64,000 bases of DNA from Octopus sinensis (GCF_006345805.1 NC_043001.1:17360001-17424000), one strand, 5' to 3'. Shown: positions 38,436 to 52,473, counted from the stretch's first letter. Made by a program: numbers and translations. Notes: generated by a model from the sequence alone, not told the origin.

Positions 38436-39290
38436 AAGGCGGCGAACTGGCAGAAACGTTAGCACGCTGGGCGAAATGCTTAGCAGTATTTCGTCTGCCG
38501 CTACGTTCTGAGTTCAAATTCCACCGGGGTCGACTTTGCCTTTCATCCTTTCAGGGTCGATAAATTAAGTACCAGTTACGCACTGGGGTCGATGTAATCG
38601 ACTTTATCCGTTTGTCAGTCCTTGTTTGTCCTCTCTGTGTTTAGCCCCTTGTGGATAATAAAGAAATAGGTATTTCGTCTGCCATTACATTCTGAGTTCA
38701 AATTGCGCCGAGGTCGATTTGCCTTTCATCGTTTCGGGGTCGATAAATTAAGTACCAGTTACGCACTGGGGATTGATGTAATCGACTTAATCCATTTGTC
38801 GGTCCTTGTTTGTCCTCTCTTTGTTTAGCCCCTTGTGGGTAATAAAGAAATAGGTATTTCGTCTGCGTTACGTTCTGAGTTCAAATTCCGCCGAGCTCGA
38901 CTTTGCCTTTCAACGTTTCGGGGTCGATAAATTAAGTACCAGTTACGAACTGGGGTCGATGTAATCGACTTAATCCTTTTGTCTGTCCTTGTTTGTCCCC
39001 TCTGTGTTTACCTCCTTTTGGGCAATAAAGAAATATATATAATATAAGGTGTATTAAGGGCGGTGTGCGGGCACAGTCGTTACTGCACCGGACAAAATGC
39101 TTAGCAGAATTTCGTCCGACTTTCAACGTTCTGAGTTCAAATGCCACCGGTGTCGACTTTGCCTTTCATCGTTTCAGGGTTGTTAAAATAAGTACCAGTT
39201 GAGCACTTGGAATGATGTAATCGACCAGCTCCCTCCCTTAAAATTCCAGGCCTTGTCCTAAAATTAGAAAGGAATTTAATGCTAGGTCGA
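38436..39290 (+). mobile_element. SINE family B: head plus three ~184-bp units, then a separate B1 copy (39060-39290); another B copy at 38220-38410 (-)
   Basis: taaggcggcgaactggcagaaacgttagcacg head; cccctt anchors at 38645, 38829 and about 39011. Confidence 0.9.
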
Positions 39291-39685
39291 ATATTCTTGG
39301 AAATATTCCGAATATTCGACCTACCTGAAAATCTTAGTGGCCATCATAAAAGATTAAGGCAGTGTGGTACGAAGTAATAGAGTATGGGCAGAACCGTTGA
39401 ATCATAACTGGAAGCTTGCGTGCATTTAGCTTGGGACTCTTCTTGAAGATGTGTCAACTGTAGCATGTGTTACTCTTGCTACGGGATTAACCAAGCCCTG
39501 ATTTCTAGCAGTGTCAGTAAATATGTAAGGGTTTCATAGTTGCTTTCGTATTTTCATTAGTGTTTTTGCTGCTGTTGTTGTTTTCAGTAATTCCGTTATA
39601 AGAATGTAGGTCAAACCTGTTATTACCATATAGGCACAAGGCTAGCTGGGCAAAAGGCTAGCAATTTTAGCTGTTATTACCATAT

Positions 39686-40092
39686 AGGCGTAGGAGTGGC
39701 TGTGTGGTAAGTAGCTTGCTTACCAACCACATGGTTCCGGGTTCAGTCCCACTGCATGGCATCATGGGCAAGTGTCTTCTACTATAGCCTCGGGCCGACC
39801 AAAGCCTTGTGAGTGGATTTGGTAGATGGAAACTGAAAGAAGCTTGTCGTATATATGTATATATGGGTGTATATATATATGTGTGTGTGTCTGTGTTTGT
39901 CCCCCCAACATCGCATGACAACCGATGCTGGTGTGTTTACGTTCCCGTAACTTAGCGGTTCGGCAAAAGAGACCGATAGAATAAGTACTAGGCTTACAAA
40001 GAATAAATCCCGGGGTCGATTTGCTCGACTAAAGGCGGTGCTCCAGCATGGCCACAGTCAAATGACTGAAACAAGTAAAAGAGAGTAAAGAG
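39686..40092 (+). mobile_element. SINE family A, full length
   Basis: Head to gtaaaagagagtaaagag tail. Confidence 0.9.
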
Positions 40093-40527
40093 TATAGGCA
40101 CACGGCTAGCAATTTTAGCTGTCATTACCGTAGAGACATAAGGCTCGCAATTTTTGGAGAAGGGATAATTCAAATACATTAATGCACTCAGGCCAGCGAT
40201 TGCCAGTACTTATTTCATCAACACAAAAGGATGACAGATAAAGTTGACTTCAGCGGTATATGAACCCAGAAGGTAAAGAGTCAGAACATTTTATCCGACG
40301 CTGTAACAATTCTGCTAATTCGCTACCCTATGCTAATGTTATAATGATCAAAACAATTAATAGAATCAAGTTAATTACTTTAATGAACCAGTGAGTTTAT
40401 GACGGTCGTAAAGTAGAGTAATACTATCTCTTTTTTTTTTATGTGGAAATCTGAGAACGGAATTCCTGAATTAATTGTGACATCATGATGAATCACATCG
40501 GCAGAACTACTTGCGACAAGGAAGATA

Positions 40528-40715
40528 TTGGTTTGTCCGGAAAGTTCGTGCCGATTTTTAAAGGAAAGAAAAAGGTAAATAAATACATGCCATTACATTT
40601 TTAACCAAACAAAATATGAACCATTTTGTTGCACAATGCGTCTCCATCTTTCCTTTAACTTGAAAATACCCTCTTCCCAGAATTGAGGTGGTTTCATGGC
40701 AAAGGTATCCAACCA
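40528..40715 (-). mobile_element. mariner 3' end fragment
   Basis: TA plus TIR ttggtttgtccggaaagttcgtgccg; FAMKPPQFWEEGIFKLKERWRRIVQQNGSYF. Confidence 0.85.
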
Positions 40716-40763
40716 GGCCTTTTGCCAGACCCTTCAGGCCAGGAACTTTTCAGCACCCCATCG

Positions 40764-40799
<36 letters not shown>

Positions 40800-41134
40800 C
40801 GCAAAAATTCTCAAATGTTATTTAATTAGCTTTGCGGGAAGGACTGTTTCAACGAAGCCACGTCTTGTCCTTACCTTCGAACGTGGAGTAGTTGAAACAG
40901 GGACAACTGAAGAAGGGAATATTCTTTTTGTTGCATGTCTCGTTTCTCTGTTTGTTTGTTTATTTTTTTCGTTGCCCAAAAAAGTTCGTTTCTATGTTTT
41001 TGTTTTTATGTTTCCGTTTCAACGTCTTTTTGATGTCCTGTACCCATATATACATGTATATATACATATATATGTAGGTATGTACATATATGTATTTATA
41101 TATGCATATATTTATATATTATATATCATATATG

Positions 41135-41182
<48 letters not shown>

Positions 41183-41426
41183 CTTTCTGTGTTTCACCCA
41201 AAACGGAGGCTAACACCATCCCTCCATATGGTCATCTTAAAGATATTAAGATATTCATCTTAACATGAAACTAATCATAGCCTTAATTCACAAATAAAGA
41301 AATTTTATCCACCAATGCAGTGTTGAGCACTCATCTCAATTGTTCGACATCTACGTGTGTGCGTATGCGTGTGTGCGTGCGTGCGTGTGTGTGTGTGTGT
41401 GTTGTGTGTGTGTGTGTTTGTGCGTG

Positions 41427-41501
<75 letters not shown>

Positions 41502-41689
41502 GTGTGAGTGTGGAAAAATTTAAAACAGTTCGATTCGGCTTCATGCTGCTTTAATTATGTAAGCTCTTTACAGGAATCTAACTCGTCACTCAGATGGCAG
41601 AATGGCTGCTGGACATTCAAGATGGCGCTGGAAACTGGTCTGCTATCGATCAAAGCGAGTCAGATGGTGTTGTTGGAAATAATCCTTTT

Positions 41690-42520
41690 TATTATAGGCA
41701 CAAGGTCTGAAATTTAGGGATGGAGGGTAGTCGATTACATCGACCCCAGTACTCAAATGGTACTTAATTTATCGACCCTGAAAGGATGAAAGGTAAAGCC
41801 GACCTCGGTGAAATTTGAACTCAGAACGTAGCGTCCAGTGTGCAAACAATTCCGCCAGCTCGCCGCCTTTTGTTGTTGGAAGTCAATGACATCAATGTTG
41901 AAAGTCAATGACATGAAACCTATCAAAATGAGATCCTAGTCTGAATTTCTTTGACCTCGTGGCCAGACAGCAAACTGGTGGCGCCCCTCTGACTGGAAAG
42001 TATTTGAAGACAATTAAGCCACATCGATGACCAGTGAGACATGTGAGTGTGTGTATGTGTGCTTGCTACATGAATGCGTGTCTGATGCGCATGCGTGTAT
42101 ATCCGCTTTGTGTGTATGTAGGTGATTGTGCTTGTATGTGGGTGCTCGTGGGTGCCGCCCGATGAATCAGCTTGATGGTGCGTATGCATGTGTTTCATAG
42201 GGTGTGTTAGTATGTGGGTGTGGGTGCATATCTGCTCCGTGTATGTATGTGTGTGTGTGTGCTTGTGTACGCGTATATGTGGGTATGTGTGTCAGTTGTA
42301 TATATTTCTTTACTACCCACAAGGGGCTAAACACAGAGGGGACAAACAAGGACAGACAGAGGGATTAAGTCGATTACATCGACCCCAGTGCGTAACTGGT
42401 ACTTAATTTATCGACCCCGGAAGGATGAAAGGCAAAGTCGACCTCGGCGGAATTTGAACTCGAAACGTAACGGCAGACGAAATACGGCAACGCATTTCGC
42501 CTGGCGTGCTGACGTTTCTG
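41690..42520 (-). mobile_element. Two SINE family B copies (B1 41690-41870; B2 42305-42520) separated by TG-rich sequence
   Basis: B cores ggatgaaaggcaaagtcgacctcggcggaatttgaactc. Confidence 0.85.
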
Positions 42521-42774
42521 TTGTATATATCAGCTGCGTGCGTATCAGTTCTATGTGCGTATGTGTGTGTGTGTGTGTGTGCATGTATGTGTGCATGCAC
42601 GAGTACGTGTGTGTTTGTGATTACCTTATGCGCATGTGCGCGCGTACCCGACTGGTATGAGAGAATGGATGTGTGCGTATAAATGTCTGTGTGTTTATCT
42701 GGATGAACGAGTGTGCGTGTGTTTACGTTTGGTGTGCGTGTGTTTACACGTTTGTGTGTGAGAGTGAGCGTATG

Positions 42775-42806
<32 letters not shown>

Positions 42807-43160
42807 CGTGTGTATGTGTGCGTGTGTCTGTGTGTGTAAATACGACTGGTGTATGCTCTAATCTGCGTGCATATAGGATTGGTATCGGGCTCTGCATGTG
42901 AACTGATGTGCTGGAGCGTCATGTGTGGAGCCACGCAATAGCAACAACGTTGTGCAATAAGTCGTGTCTGTGGGGGGAGGGTAACCGCATTTGACGTTGG
43001 ATTCAGATATGGTGGTGTTAGTGAGAGGAAGACAGAGAGGAAAAGCATACATACGCATATATATTTGCGTGGCTGTATGTATGCGCGCGCATGCACGTAT
43101 AAGAAGAGTATCGTAGGAGATTGCAAAAAATTCATATATTTATATATATAGATACATATA

Positions 43161-43214
<54 letters not shown>

Positions 43215-43217
<3 letters not shown>

Positions 43218-43958
43218 AAATATTAGGGAATAAATCCAAACTTACAGGGAAAAATCAGATTTAGGATTGAATCCAATTTTATAGTAAATTATTATATTAT
43301 ATTAAATTAGAGATAAAACCACTATTAGGTAAATCATACAATGAAAAATTCAAGCCAATACATAGGATTAATTAATTTATATTATCTTAAATATATATCA
43401 AAATTATTAAAAAAAGATAATTAGTATAATAGTAGGCTTTCCATTTAATTCTAGAAGCAAAATCCTCAATATTATTAATAAGTTTCCAAATAAAATACCT
43501 TTCTAGAAGGTACTGGAATATCCTTCAATGATGAATTCCAAAATAGCGGTTCTATCTTACCTGTAAATTCCATAATTTACGAAGTTGAGATATTACACTC
43601 AATATACGTAATTTACCAATAAATTAATTCATAATATATTGATAAATTACGTATATTGAGTGTAATATCTCAACTTCGTAAATTATGGAATTTACAGGTA
43701 AGATAGAACCGCTATTTTGGAATTCATCATTGAAGGATATTCCAGTACCTTCTAGAAAGGTATTTTATTTTGAAACTTATTAATAATATTGAGGATTTTG
43801 CTTCTAGAATTAAATGGAAAGCCTACTATTATACTAATTATCTTTTTTTAATAATTTTGATATATATTTAAAATAATATAAATTAATTAATCTTATGTAT
43901 TGGCTTGAGTTTTTCATTGTATGATTTGCCTAATAGTGGTTTTATCTCTAATTTAATA

Positions 43959-43961
<3 letters not shown>
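43215..43961. mobile_element. Penelope-like element with inverted pseudo-LTR: 325-bp arms (43297-43621 / 43637-43961) containing the ORF start
   Basis: Right arm reads MEFTGKIEPLFWNSSLKDIPVPSRKVFY.KLINNIEDFASRIKWKAYYY, like the Penelope N-terminal SLKNIP.P...RMRWKA motif; embedded in (TA)n. Confidence 0.85.
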
Positions 43962-44026
<65 letters not shown>

Positions 44027-44248
44027 CACTCACACACACACTTGTGTTGTTGAAATTTATAGAAAATCAGAAGACAGATGTATGAAAAACAAGAAAGTGT
44101 ATTATTTTGAAGATCGTGGAAATGAAAAAGTCATTTACGTTTCGAGCCTACGCTCTTCAACAGGAAGGAATAAGAGAAAATAGAGAGAGAATGACAAAAA
44201 CATGTAGATTTCAGCGGTCCAGCATAGTAATATATATATATATATATA

Positions 44249-44298
<50 letters not shown>

Positions 44299-44674
44299 TG
44301 TTTACATACATACATATATAAAGACGTAAAGAAATGGACCAATAAACAGTGATAAGTGAATCGTTTGTATTATAAAGTCATTATTTATAAAGTCGTAATT
44401 AAAAAATGACTTTATAACATCAACAATGCACTTTTCACTGTTTATTGCTCCATTTCTTATCGTCTTTATATATATATTAAACCACATTTTACCTTTTAAA
44501 TTACCTGCTACCGCATACCTTATAACACGGACCATATATGGAGTGTGTATGGATACATCTATCCCTTAGATAGTTACATTACCTCTAACTTATATCTTAC
44601 ACAATATATATATATATACACACATACATACATATATACATACATACATAATACATACATACATACATACGTAC

Positions 44675-44705
<31 letters not shown>

Positions 44706-45333
44706 GATATATATATATATATATAATATATATATATATAGATATATATATATAAAGAATATAAAATATGGGACAAGAATGCAACAGGCGACAAAAAGAC
44801 GTCCAGACAAGTTGATGATACAAAAAGGGACAAGAAAAAACAAGGACGGGTCATTCAGTTTTCTTTCGTCAGTCGAGTTCCAGATTATCTTTGCAGTTTT
44901 GGCTGGTTATAATCGAGACTGCTCCAAACAAGATATAATGAATAAACTACCGAAGAATTGTATTATATGGTTAAAAAATATATTAAAATCGTCATGTAAG
45001 GAAAATGTTATAAAATTTTGTGTGTAGTGACATTGCTTTGGAGAAATAACCGGTTTCGTGCTAGTCTTTTTTTATTATGGAATGAAATGTAGAGATGAAG
45101 ATGAATAATGGGTTCCCCATAAGGAATGCAAAGTCTGTGTAGATTCCCTTCGGCATAAGACAAAAGGACAAAGAAAACTTTCAAAGTTCAAAGTGTTCAT
45201 AGAGTGACGAGAGTCGAAAATAACAGACAATGATTGTTATTTTTGTGTCGTTAATATGTAAGGTTCCACTTGTTTCAAAAACAGAAACATGGGAATATCC
45301 TGATTCGGAATCTGCAAAATTACCTGTACAGTA

Positions 45334-45500
45334 TAGGCGCAGGAGTGGCTGTGTGGTAAGTAGCTTGCTAACCAACCACATGGTTCCGGGCTCAGTCCCA
45401 CTACGTGGCATCTTGGACAAATGTCTTCTGCTGTAGCCCCGGGCCGACCAATGCCTTGTGAGTGGATTTGGTAGACGGAAACTGAAAGAAGCCTGTCGCA

Positions 45501-45577
<77 letters not shown>

Positions 45578-45803
45578 GTGTGTGTTTGTGTGTCTGTGTT
45601 TGTTCCCCTAGCATTGCTTGACAACCGATGCTGGTGTGTTTACGTCCCCGTCACTTAGCGGTTCGGCAAAAAGAGACCGATAGAATAAGTACTGGGCTTA
45701 CAAAAAGAATAAGTCCCGGGGTCGAGTTGCTCGACTAAAGGCGGTGCTCCAGCATGGCCGCAGTCAAAAGACTGAAACAAGTAAAAGAGTAAAAAAGAGA
45801 GTA
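45334..45803 (+). mobile_element. SINE family A, full length
   Basis: Head, (TA)n, tail gtaaaagagtaaaaaagagag. Confidence 0.9.
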
Positions 45804-45899
45804 TAGCTAAGAAATTACTATACCCATGTTTACCTATCTGTTTGACCTTTCTTTGTGAGATGTTGGAGAAATGCAGAGCTTGATGTATACCACAAGTGG

Positions 45900-46130
45900 A
45901 AGCAATGAAAATGAATACGAAGTAAGCTCTTTCACACCGAAGCAGTCCTCGAAAACAGAACTTAATGATCTAACCCGCAGCCTCGAAGCAATCCTCTCAA
46001 CGTTTAGCATCCGGCCTAAAGAAACAGAGCTACAAACAGCAGTTAAAGTAACATCCTTTAGAAAAAGAGAGAAGGTATATCTTCTCTACTTCAGCGAAGA
46101 TGACGATGTTGTCTAATGCCATAACATCTC
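45900..46130 (+). mobile_element. Probable Chapaev3-type (CMC) DNA transposase remnant
   Basis: FTPKQSSKTELNDLTRSL...VKVTSFRKREKVYLLYFSEDDDVV resembles the F.Q.ELNDLVRDL...KIT.FR.RE..F..YF..ED.LV segment I recall from Chapaev3 transposases; not searched. Confidence 0.5.
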
Positions 46131-47589
46131 TGGATGTTTTCTCTACACGCGACTTCTAAAATGTCGACCGCAAAATTGATAGCTTTGTATAGAAAAACTC
46201 CACCAGAAGCTTGAAGTATTTCGTTATACGATGGAAACCACGATGCATCTGTACCAAATATTCATTCAATTAAGTGAGTATGAAATTAAACGAATATGAA
46301 AATGTCAATATTGTTTTTCAGAAACCCTACAATAAATGAACGCCAGCGGATTCTTTGCAATGGGGAATTTATTGCTTGGACAGCAAAATGGCTGTACGAA
46401 ATAATCCCGTTTCATGTGTTTATGGAAGTGGAGTAAAAAGCAAGATCACTGGTAAAAGTAACATGACCTTCAAGAGAGACCTATCTAAGATTACCCTAGT
46501 AGCGGTGACCAGTTTTTGAGTCTCTACTGAAGCAATTATATAAAATACGAAGCTAAAAGCTTCCTGATTACTGGAGGACAACAGATATCATCGAAAATTG
46601 CACAACAGCACAAGCCGGATTGTGTTACGTACGGTGGGTATTATTATCACAGCGATCTGTGCTGCTATGCTGCAATAGATAGTCTAGAAAAATGTTACTT
46701 AGGCACATACAAATTTGTGGCAGGTTGAATTTGAATACAGAATAAAACAGTCTATAACTCCATATTAATTCAGTGATTCTGCCATTTATAAAACTAAAGC
46801 TTGCCTCCCGATTCCCACAGCGTTTAGCAGATGTGAGATTAATCTTCCCACCGTGTAGAAAGATGGTGTATCACAGATAGTAATTCATCGTATGCTGGAT
46901 ATAAACTCAGCATTCTAAACCTATGGACCAGCGTATTAGTTTTTCGTCGCTGCTGTTATGTACACCGGCGAATTAAACTACCCGCCTGTACCTACTTGGC
47001 GATTAGAAGGTCGCACCATTGGGCGTCATATGACTCAACTCTACAGGTTGTAACGTAGGTTCTGCGGCCCGAATGAGAATGAGGTTAGTTAAAATGCATA
47101 ATACATCCGGATACTTTTGGCAAATAATTTAATATGGTATGAATAAACAAACTTTGGAAGCTTGGGCGGTCGTTGACTTAACGTCCAGTTACTTTAAGAG
47201 AATGAGTAAGGCCAATCTAGAAAAATCTAATCATAACATTTTTGTGGTTAATGAAATCCTCTCATAGGAAAAATGTAAATAGGATCAAAAATAAATAAAA
47301 CTACACATCTGATCTTGGTCAGTGTAAGTTTTCTTTCTAACTCTATGGGTAAATTTTTGACAATTCAAATTTTTTTATGGCTTATACAGGATATCATAAT
47401 CCAAATTTAAAGTGTGTTACTGAAAATTTTCACATCGCCTTAAATACGAAACTATTTTTCACTGTTTGTGGTATTGTTTGAAGAAACACGATGTTCTACT
47501 CTGAAATATTACAAAAGAGACTACCGGTGGTTCAATAACATTGACCGGCCGTTATAAATAGTTTGCTTCTATACTCCGGGAAAAGTTTC

Positions 47590-48976
47590 CCAATGTATTT
47601 ATCGTTCATTACCAATTCAACAGACATAATTCTGCATCCACGAAACTTTTGTCAACAGTATGGTGCTTTGTAGTAAAGATTGTCTGCCAACATAACATGG
47701 CAGTCCTGGTTTAGGACTTAAAAGACTCCGCCGGTTACGACGACGAGGGTCCCAGCTGATACGATCAACGGAACAGCTTGCTCGTGAAATTAACGTGCAA
47801 ATGGCTGAGCATTCCACAGACACGTGTACCCTTAACGTAGTTCTCGGGGATAATCAGCGTGACACAGAGAGTGACAAGGCTGACCCTTTGAAATACAAGT
47901 ACAACTCATTTTTGCCAGCTGAGTGGACTGGAGCAACGTGAAATAAAGTGTCTTGCTCAAGGACACAACGCGTCGCCGGGAATCGAACTCACAACCTTAC
48001 GATCATGAGCCGAACGCCCTAACCACTAAGCCACGCGCCCTCTGGTTTAAGACTAATATTGCTGTATATCTGGTTTATTTGCTTAGATGATCCGGTCTGT
48101 ACATACTGGGAAGTCCCAAAGAATCGTTACATTTTCTCCCTCAGTTACAGCCACAGTGTTGTGCTTGTACCATTTGTCAGCGGTCTTGATTTTATAATGC
48201 CGACACACTATCCAATGTAGATATTGACCAATTCTGTCAAGTCTTGATTTGTACTCTACATGTGCTAAAACCTTACATTCAGTGAATAGATGGTCCACTG
48301 TTTCAATCCCATCGTTGCATTATCGGCACTTAGGGTCTACGCCATTTTTCATCATATTAGCTTGAGAGTTCTGAGTCAATAAGCTCTGATATTGAGCAGC
48401 CAAGATAAAGTCTTCGCTCTCTGCCTTTAGCCTTGAGCTCCGTAGCCACTGATGAGTGTGCTTCTGGCCTACATCAGCTTGTTTGCTACGGGCCACATAT
48501 TTACTATGCAGAGGTTTTTGTTCCCATCTATCAGCCAATTGTTCAAACGCATTTTGCTTTGCTATTGATTTCACATTCTTTGCAACTAGAGTTGCCACAC
48601 TTCCATCATCCTGTTCAGCCTGAGTATTATGCATAAACACAATTAAACATTTTTTAGCTCTCCTTCATAACAGAATGACGCTTCTTACGTCTTTCGTGGT
48701 TTCACTGAGCTTTAGCATCCAAGTTATTTTTCCAGTCCAATTGTGGTGGTATTGTAAGAGATTTCAAATTGGATCAAGCCTCGGCCTCCTTGAGCATTGG
48801 GTAAGTAAAGACGATCTTCGTCTGCCTTTGGGTGGTGCATCCGATTTGCAAGTCAGCAGCTGACGGATTTTCCTGCCAATCTTCTTTAACACATTGAAAC
48901 TGTAAATAACAACCGGAACTGCTAAGGAATTAATAGCTAACACCTTGTTACATACATTTAACTCGGATCTAACTAA

Positions 48977-48977
<1 letters not shown>
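47590..48977 (-). mobile_element. Decayed R4/Dong-like non-LTR retrotransposon (RT thumb, CCHC knuckle, RLE start, C-terminus) interrupted by SINE D; 5' truncation abuts (TAA)n
   Basis: NKVLAINSLAVPVVIYSF, HHPKADEDRLYLPNAQGGRGL, WEQKPLHSKY, LKAESEDFILAAQYQSL, CR*CNDGIETVDHLFTEC, ILWDFPVCTDR, ANKPDI. Confidence 0.9.
47719..48041 (-). mobile_element. SINE family D: head H2 (as family E) plus tail T1 (as family C)
   Basis: 13-bp TSD ctggttta(g/a)gact at 47706 and 48042; head gagggcgcgtggcttagtggttaggg; tail aagggtacacgtgtctgtgg...gtcgtaaccggcgga. Confidence 0.9.
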
Positions 48978-49024
<47 letters not shown>

Positions 49025-49044
49025 TTATTATTATTATTATTATT

Positions 49045-49207
49045 CAGTAGTTTTATTTTTATAACGTGCTTTCACTTCACTACCGAGCGCAGCTCTGTGT
49101 GCCTTGGGTATATGCTGTGGTTTGCTGTGACGCTCTTATGGTTACAGTATTGAAAGTGTTTTGCGTAGGATGTGTGCAGAGCTCAGTAGTTCAATTTTCT
49201 GTATGTT

Positions 49208-49211
<4 letters not shown>
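49045..49211 (-). mobile_element. R4/Dong-like 3' end (second lineage) with (TAA)n on both sides
   Basis: NIQKIELLSSAHILRKTLSIL* then 3' UTR running into aataataat. Confidence 0.8.
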
Positions 49212-49263
<52 letters not shown>

Positions 49264-49274
49264 CATTATTATTA

Positions 49275-49472
49275 CATTTGATTTGACACAGATCCGTTCT
49301 TATTCCTGATACAATTTATGTGAGTAACGGGTTAGTACCCGTAACCTCAGGTATCCACAAGTATTCTACAATCATTCAATTGTTTAAAACCTTCCTGATA
49401 ATTTTTCCTGTACCTGAGAGACAAACTTTCTGTAGAAGCTCTACAGGACATTCTATTCCAATCTCCTCCAAC

Positions 49473-49473
<1 letters not shown>
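49275..49473 (-). mobile_element. R4/Dong-like 3' end (third lineage) with (TAA)n on both sides
   Basis: EIGIECPVELLQKVCLSGTGKIIRKVLNN* then 3' UTR running into taataataat. Confidence 0.8.
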
Positions 49474-49510
<37 letters not shown>

Positions 49511-49560
49511 TATTATTATTATTATTATTATCATTATTATTATCATTATTATTATTATTA

Positions 49561-49603
<43 letters not shown>

Positions 49604-49631
49604 CATCATTATTATTATCATTATTATTAAA

Positions 49632-50483
49632 TAGGCGCAGGAGTGACTGTGTGGTAAGTAGCTTGCTTACCAACCACATGGTTCCAGGTTCAATCCCACT
49701 GCGTGGCATCTTGGACAAGTTTCTTCTACTATAGCCTCAGGCCGACCAAAATCCTGTGAGTGGATTTGGTAGACGGAAACTGAAAAGAAGCCCGTCGTAT
49801 AGATGTATATGTACATGTGTGTGTGTGGGTCTGTGTTTGTTCCCCCAACATCACTTGACAACCGATGCTGGTGTGTTTACGTCCTCGTAACTTAACGATT
49901 CAGCAAAAGAGACCGATAGAATAAGTACTAGGCTTACAAAGAATAAGTCCTGGGGTCACTTTGCTCGACTAAAGGCGGTGCTCCAGCATGGCCACACTCA
50001 AATGACTAAAACAAGTAAAAGAGTAAAAGATTATTATTATTATTATTATTATTATTATCATCATTATTATTATCATTATTATTAAATAGGCGCAGGAGTG
50101 ACTGTGTGGTAAGTAGCTTGCTTACCAACCACATGGTTCCAGGTTCAATCCCACTGCGTGGCATCTTGGACAAGTTTCTTCTACTATAGCCTCAGGCCGA
50201 CCAAAATCCTGTGAGTGGATTTGGTAGACGGAAACTGAAAAGAAGCCCGTCGTATAGATGTATATGTACATGTGTGTGTGTGGGTCTGTGTTGTTCCCCC
50301 AACATCACTTGACAACCGATGCTGGTGTGTTTACGTCCTCGTAACTTAACGATTCAGCAAAAGAGACCGATAGAATAAGTACTAGGCTTACAAAGAATAA
50401 GTCCTGGGGTCACTTTGCTCGACTAAAGGCGGTGCTCCAGCATGGCCACACTCAAATGACTAAAACAAGTAAAAGAGTAAAAG
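49632..50483 (+). mobile_element. Two tandem, near-identical SINE A copies (49632-50023, 50087-50483) in (TTA)n; period about 455 bp
   Basis: Both share private variants gtgactgtg, ccaggttcaat, aatcctgtg, ttaacgattcagc, gggtcactttg. Confidence 0.92.
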
Positions 50484-50511
50484 ATTATTATTATTATTAT
50501 TATTATTATTA

Positions 50512-52340
50512 CTAGAAAATCTACCCATCTACGATGGAGACATGAAATGAAGGTGGGAATTTATAACAACAGTATGTACTGAGAAATGTGTAAATGGACT
50601 TGATAGATTACTGGCGATACAGAATTCTATTGCGGCTATATGACATGTGTTTGCGACTACTTGACATGCGATGACGATTCACTCCCGAACTGAAATAGGT
50701 TCCCAGCCTCTGTATCATGAATGGTTATGTGGACCACTCCTAATGAAAGCCAGAGCTTCCTTCGACCACTACATAAAAATCATTTTTTTAAATATTATTT
50801 AGGTATGCTTTTATTTTAGTTGTTTAGACTATTTTACGCTTGTTTATACTCTTAAATAAAGTTCACAAATTTAAACTATGACTCATATTCCTTTCGATAA
50901 TGGGATGGAAGCACTCCGTTGGTTACGACGACAAGGGTTCCGGTTGATCCGAATCAACGGAACAGCCTGCTCGTGAAATTAACGTGTAAGTGGCTGAGCA
51001 CTCCACAGACACGTGTACCCTTAACGTAGTTCTCGGGGATATTCAGCGTGACACAGAGAGTGACAAGGCCGGCCCTTTGAAATACAGGTACAACAGAAAC
51101 AGGAAGTAAGAGTGAGAGAAAGTTGTGGTGAAAGAGTACAGCAGGGATCACCACCATCCCCTGCCGGAGCCTCGTGGAGCTTTAGGTGTTTTCGCTCAAT
51201 AAACACTCACAACGCCCGGTCTGGGAATCGAAACCGCGATCCTATGACCGCGAGTCCGCTGCCCTAACCACTGGGCCATTGCGCCTCCACTCCTTTCAAT
51301 AATATCAATATGTTTACAAAACTTCTTTGTAGACGATATTTTCTGTTTGGCCGACACTAATTTTCAAATTACTGGAATCCGTTGCTCTACTCATCGCGAC
51401 ATATAACTGGTCATGTGTAAACATCGGTGTGGGTAAAAATACAGCTACGCCCTGTGATTTGTTTGCTGTGAACGCGCGAGCAGAATATTTAGGGTTGCAA
51501 AAAATCAAACTAAGACTTATCTCTCACTGTTCTATGTGAATAAGGTCTGGATGTTCTGGTACCACGGGTTATTTTGATTGACAAAATTGAGATGTAAACA
51601 ACAGCCGCTTCGATTAGCTGTTCCGAATCTTGCTCGAGGCTGATACATTTCAATAACCACTAATTAATCACACACACTATATACTGACATACACACTTTT
51701 TTCCATTTTATTTTCGCTGTTAATTGTCCTCGCAACCCACTTCGTATCTACGATGAAGCCACAAACTATACGATCAAAATCCAGGCTTATTCGTGGTTAG
51801 TTAATTTTTCAAAAAAATACGAAGGCAGTTTATCAATTCAAAAATCGATATCCAGGAAATAATCATACTTTCTGATGTTTTAATGCTAAAGACCCTCCTG
51901 ACGACCGTCTTTGTAATTCCGAAGAATATCGTAACCATTGGTCCAGCCGTCTGGCGTGAAGAGGGAACCGACAAAGTGACGGACAGATCGACGTAGGCAA
52001 ATCTGCCCAGCTACGATGGGAAATAAAGGGATAGTATGGTAAACCTAAACCCTCTAAATTCACGAACTATACGGGTGGTGGTGGGGATCCAGAGTTAATC
52101 CTCGTCGCTGGAATTTTAACATAAAAATCAAAGGTGACTTATTAATACAAAACTCAATATCCACGAAATAATCATACTTTTTCCCATTTTTTTTTCGGTG
52201 AAAACCATCCTGGTTACCTTCTTTGTAATCCCGAAAAGCATCGTGATTACATTGACCCAGCCGTTTGACCGTGAAGGGGGAACAGACAGACAGACTGACA
52301 GACAGACTGACAGACAGAAGGACATAATGCCCATTATAGT
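50512..52340 (-). mobile_element. Composite Helitron (mini unit plus long unit with helicase C-terminus), interrupted by SINE C
   Basis: 3' CTAG|T at 50512 with hairpin cccatctacgatgg; FTANKSQG...FTHDQLYVAMSRA...TENIVYKEVL* at 51314-51480; second hairpin at about 52005. Confidence 0.88.
50902..51290 (-). mobile_element. SINE family C, full length
   Basis: 13-bp TSD tcctttc(g/a)ataat at 50889 and 51291. Confidence 0.92.
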
Positions 52341-52406
52341 ATGTTGTTGTTGTTGTTATTATTATTATTATCATCATCAACATCATCATCATCATTATTA
52401 TTATTA

Positions 52407-52473
<67 letters not shown>

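Noticed and set aside
49290-49325. Micro-exon cag|...|gtgagt
   Set aside because: Lies within the 3' UTR of a minus-strand R4/Dong-like fragment
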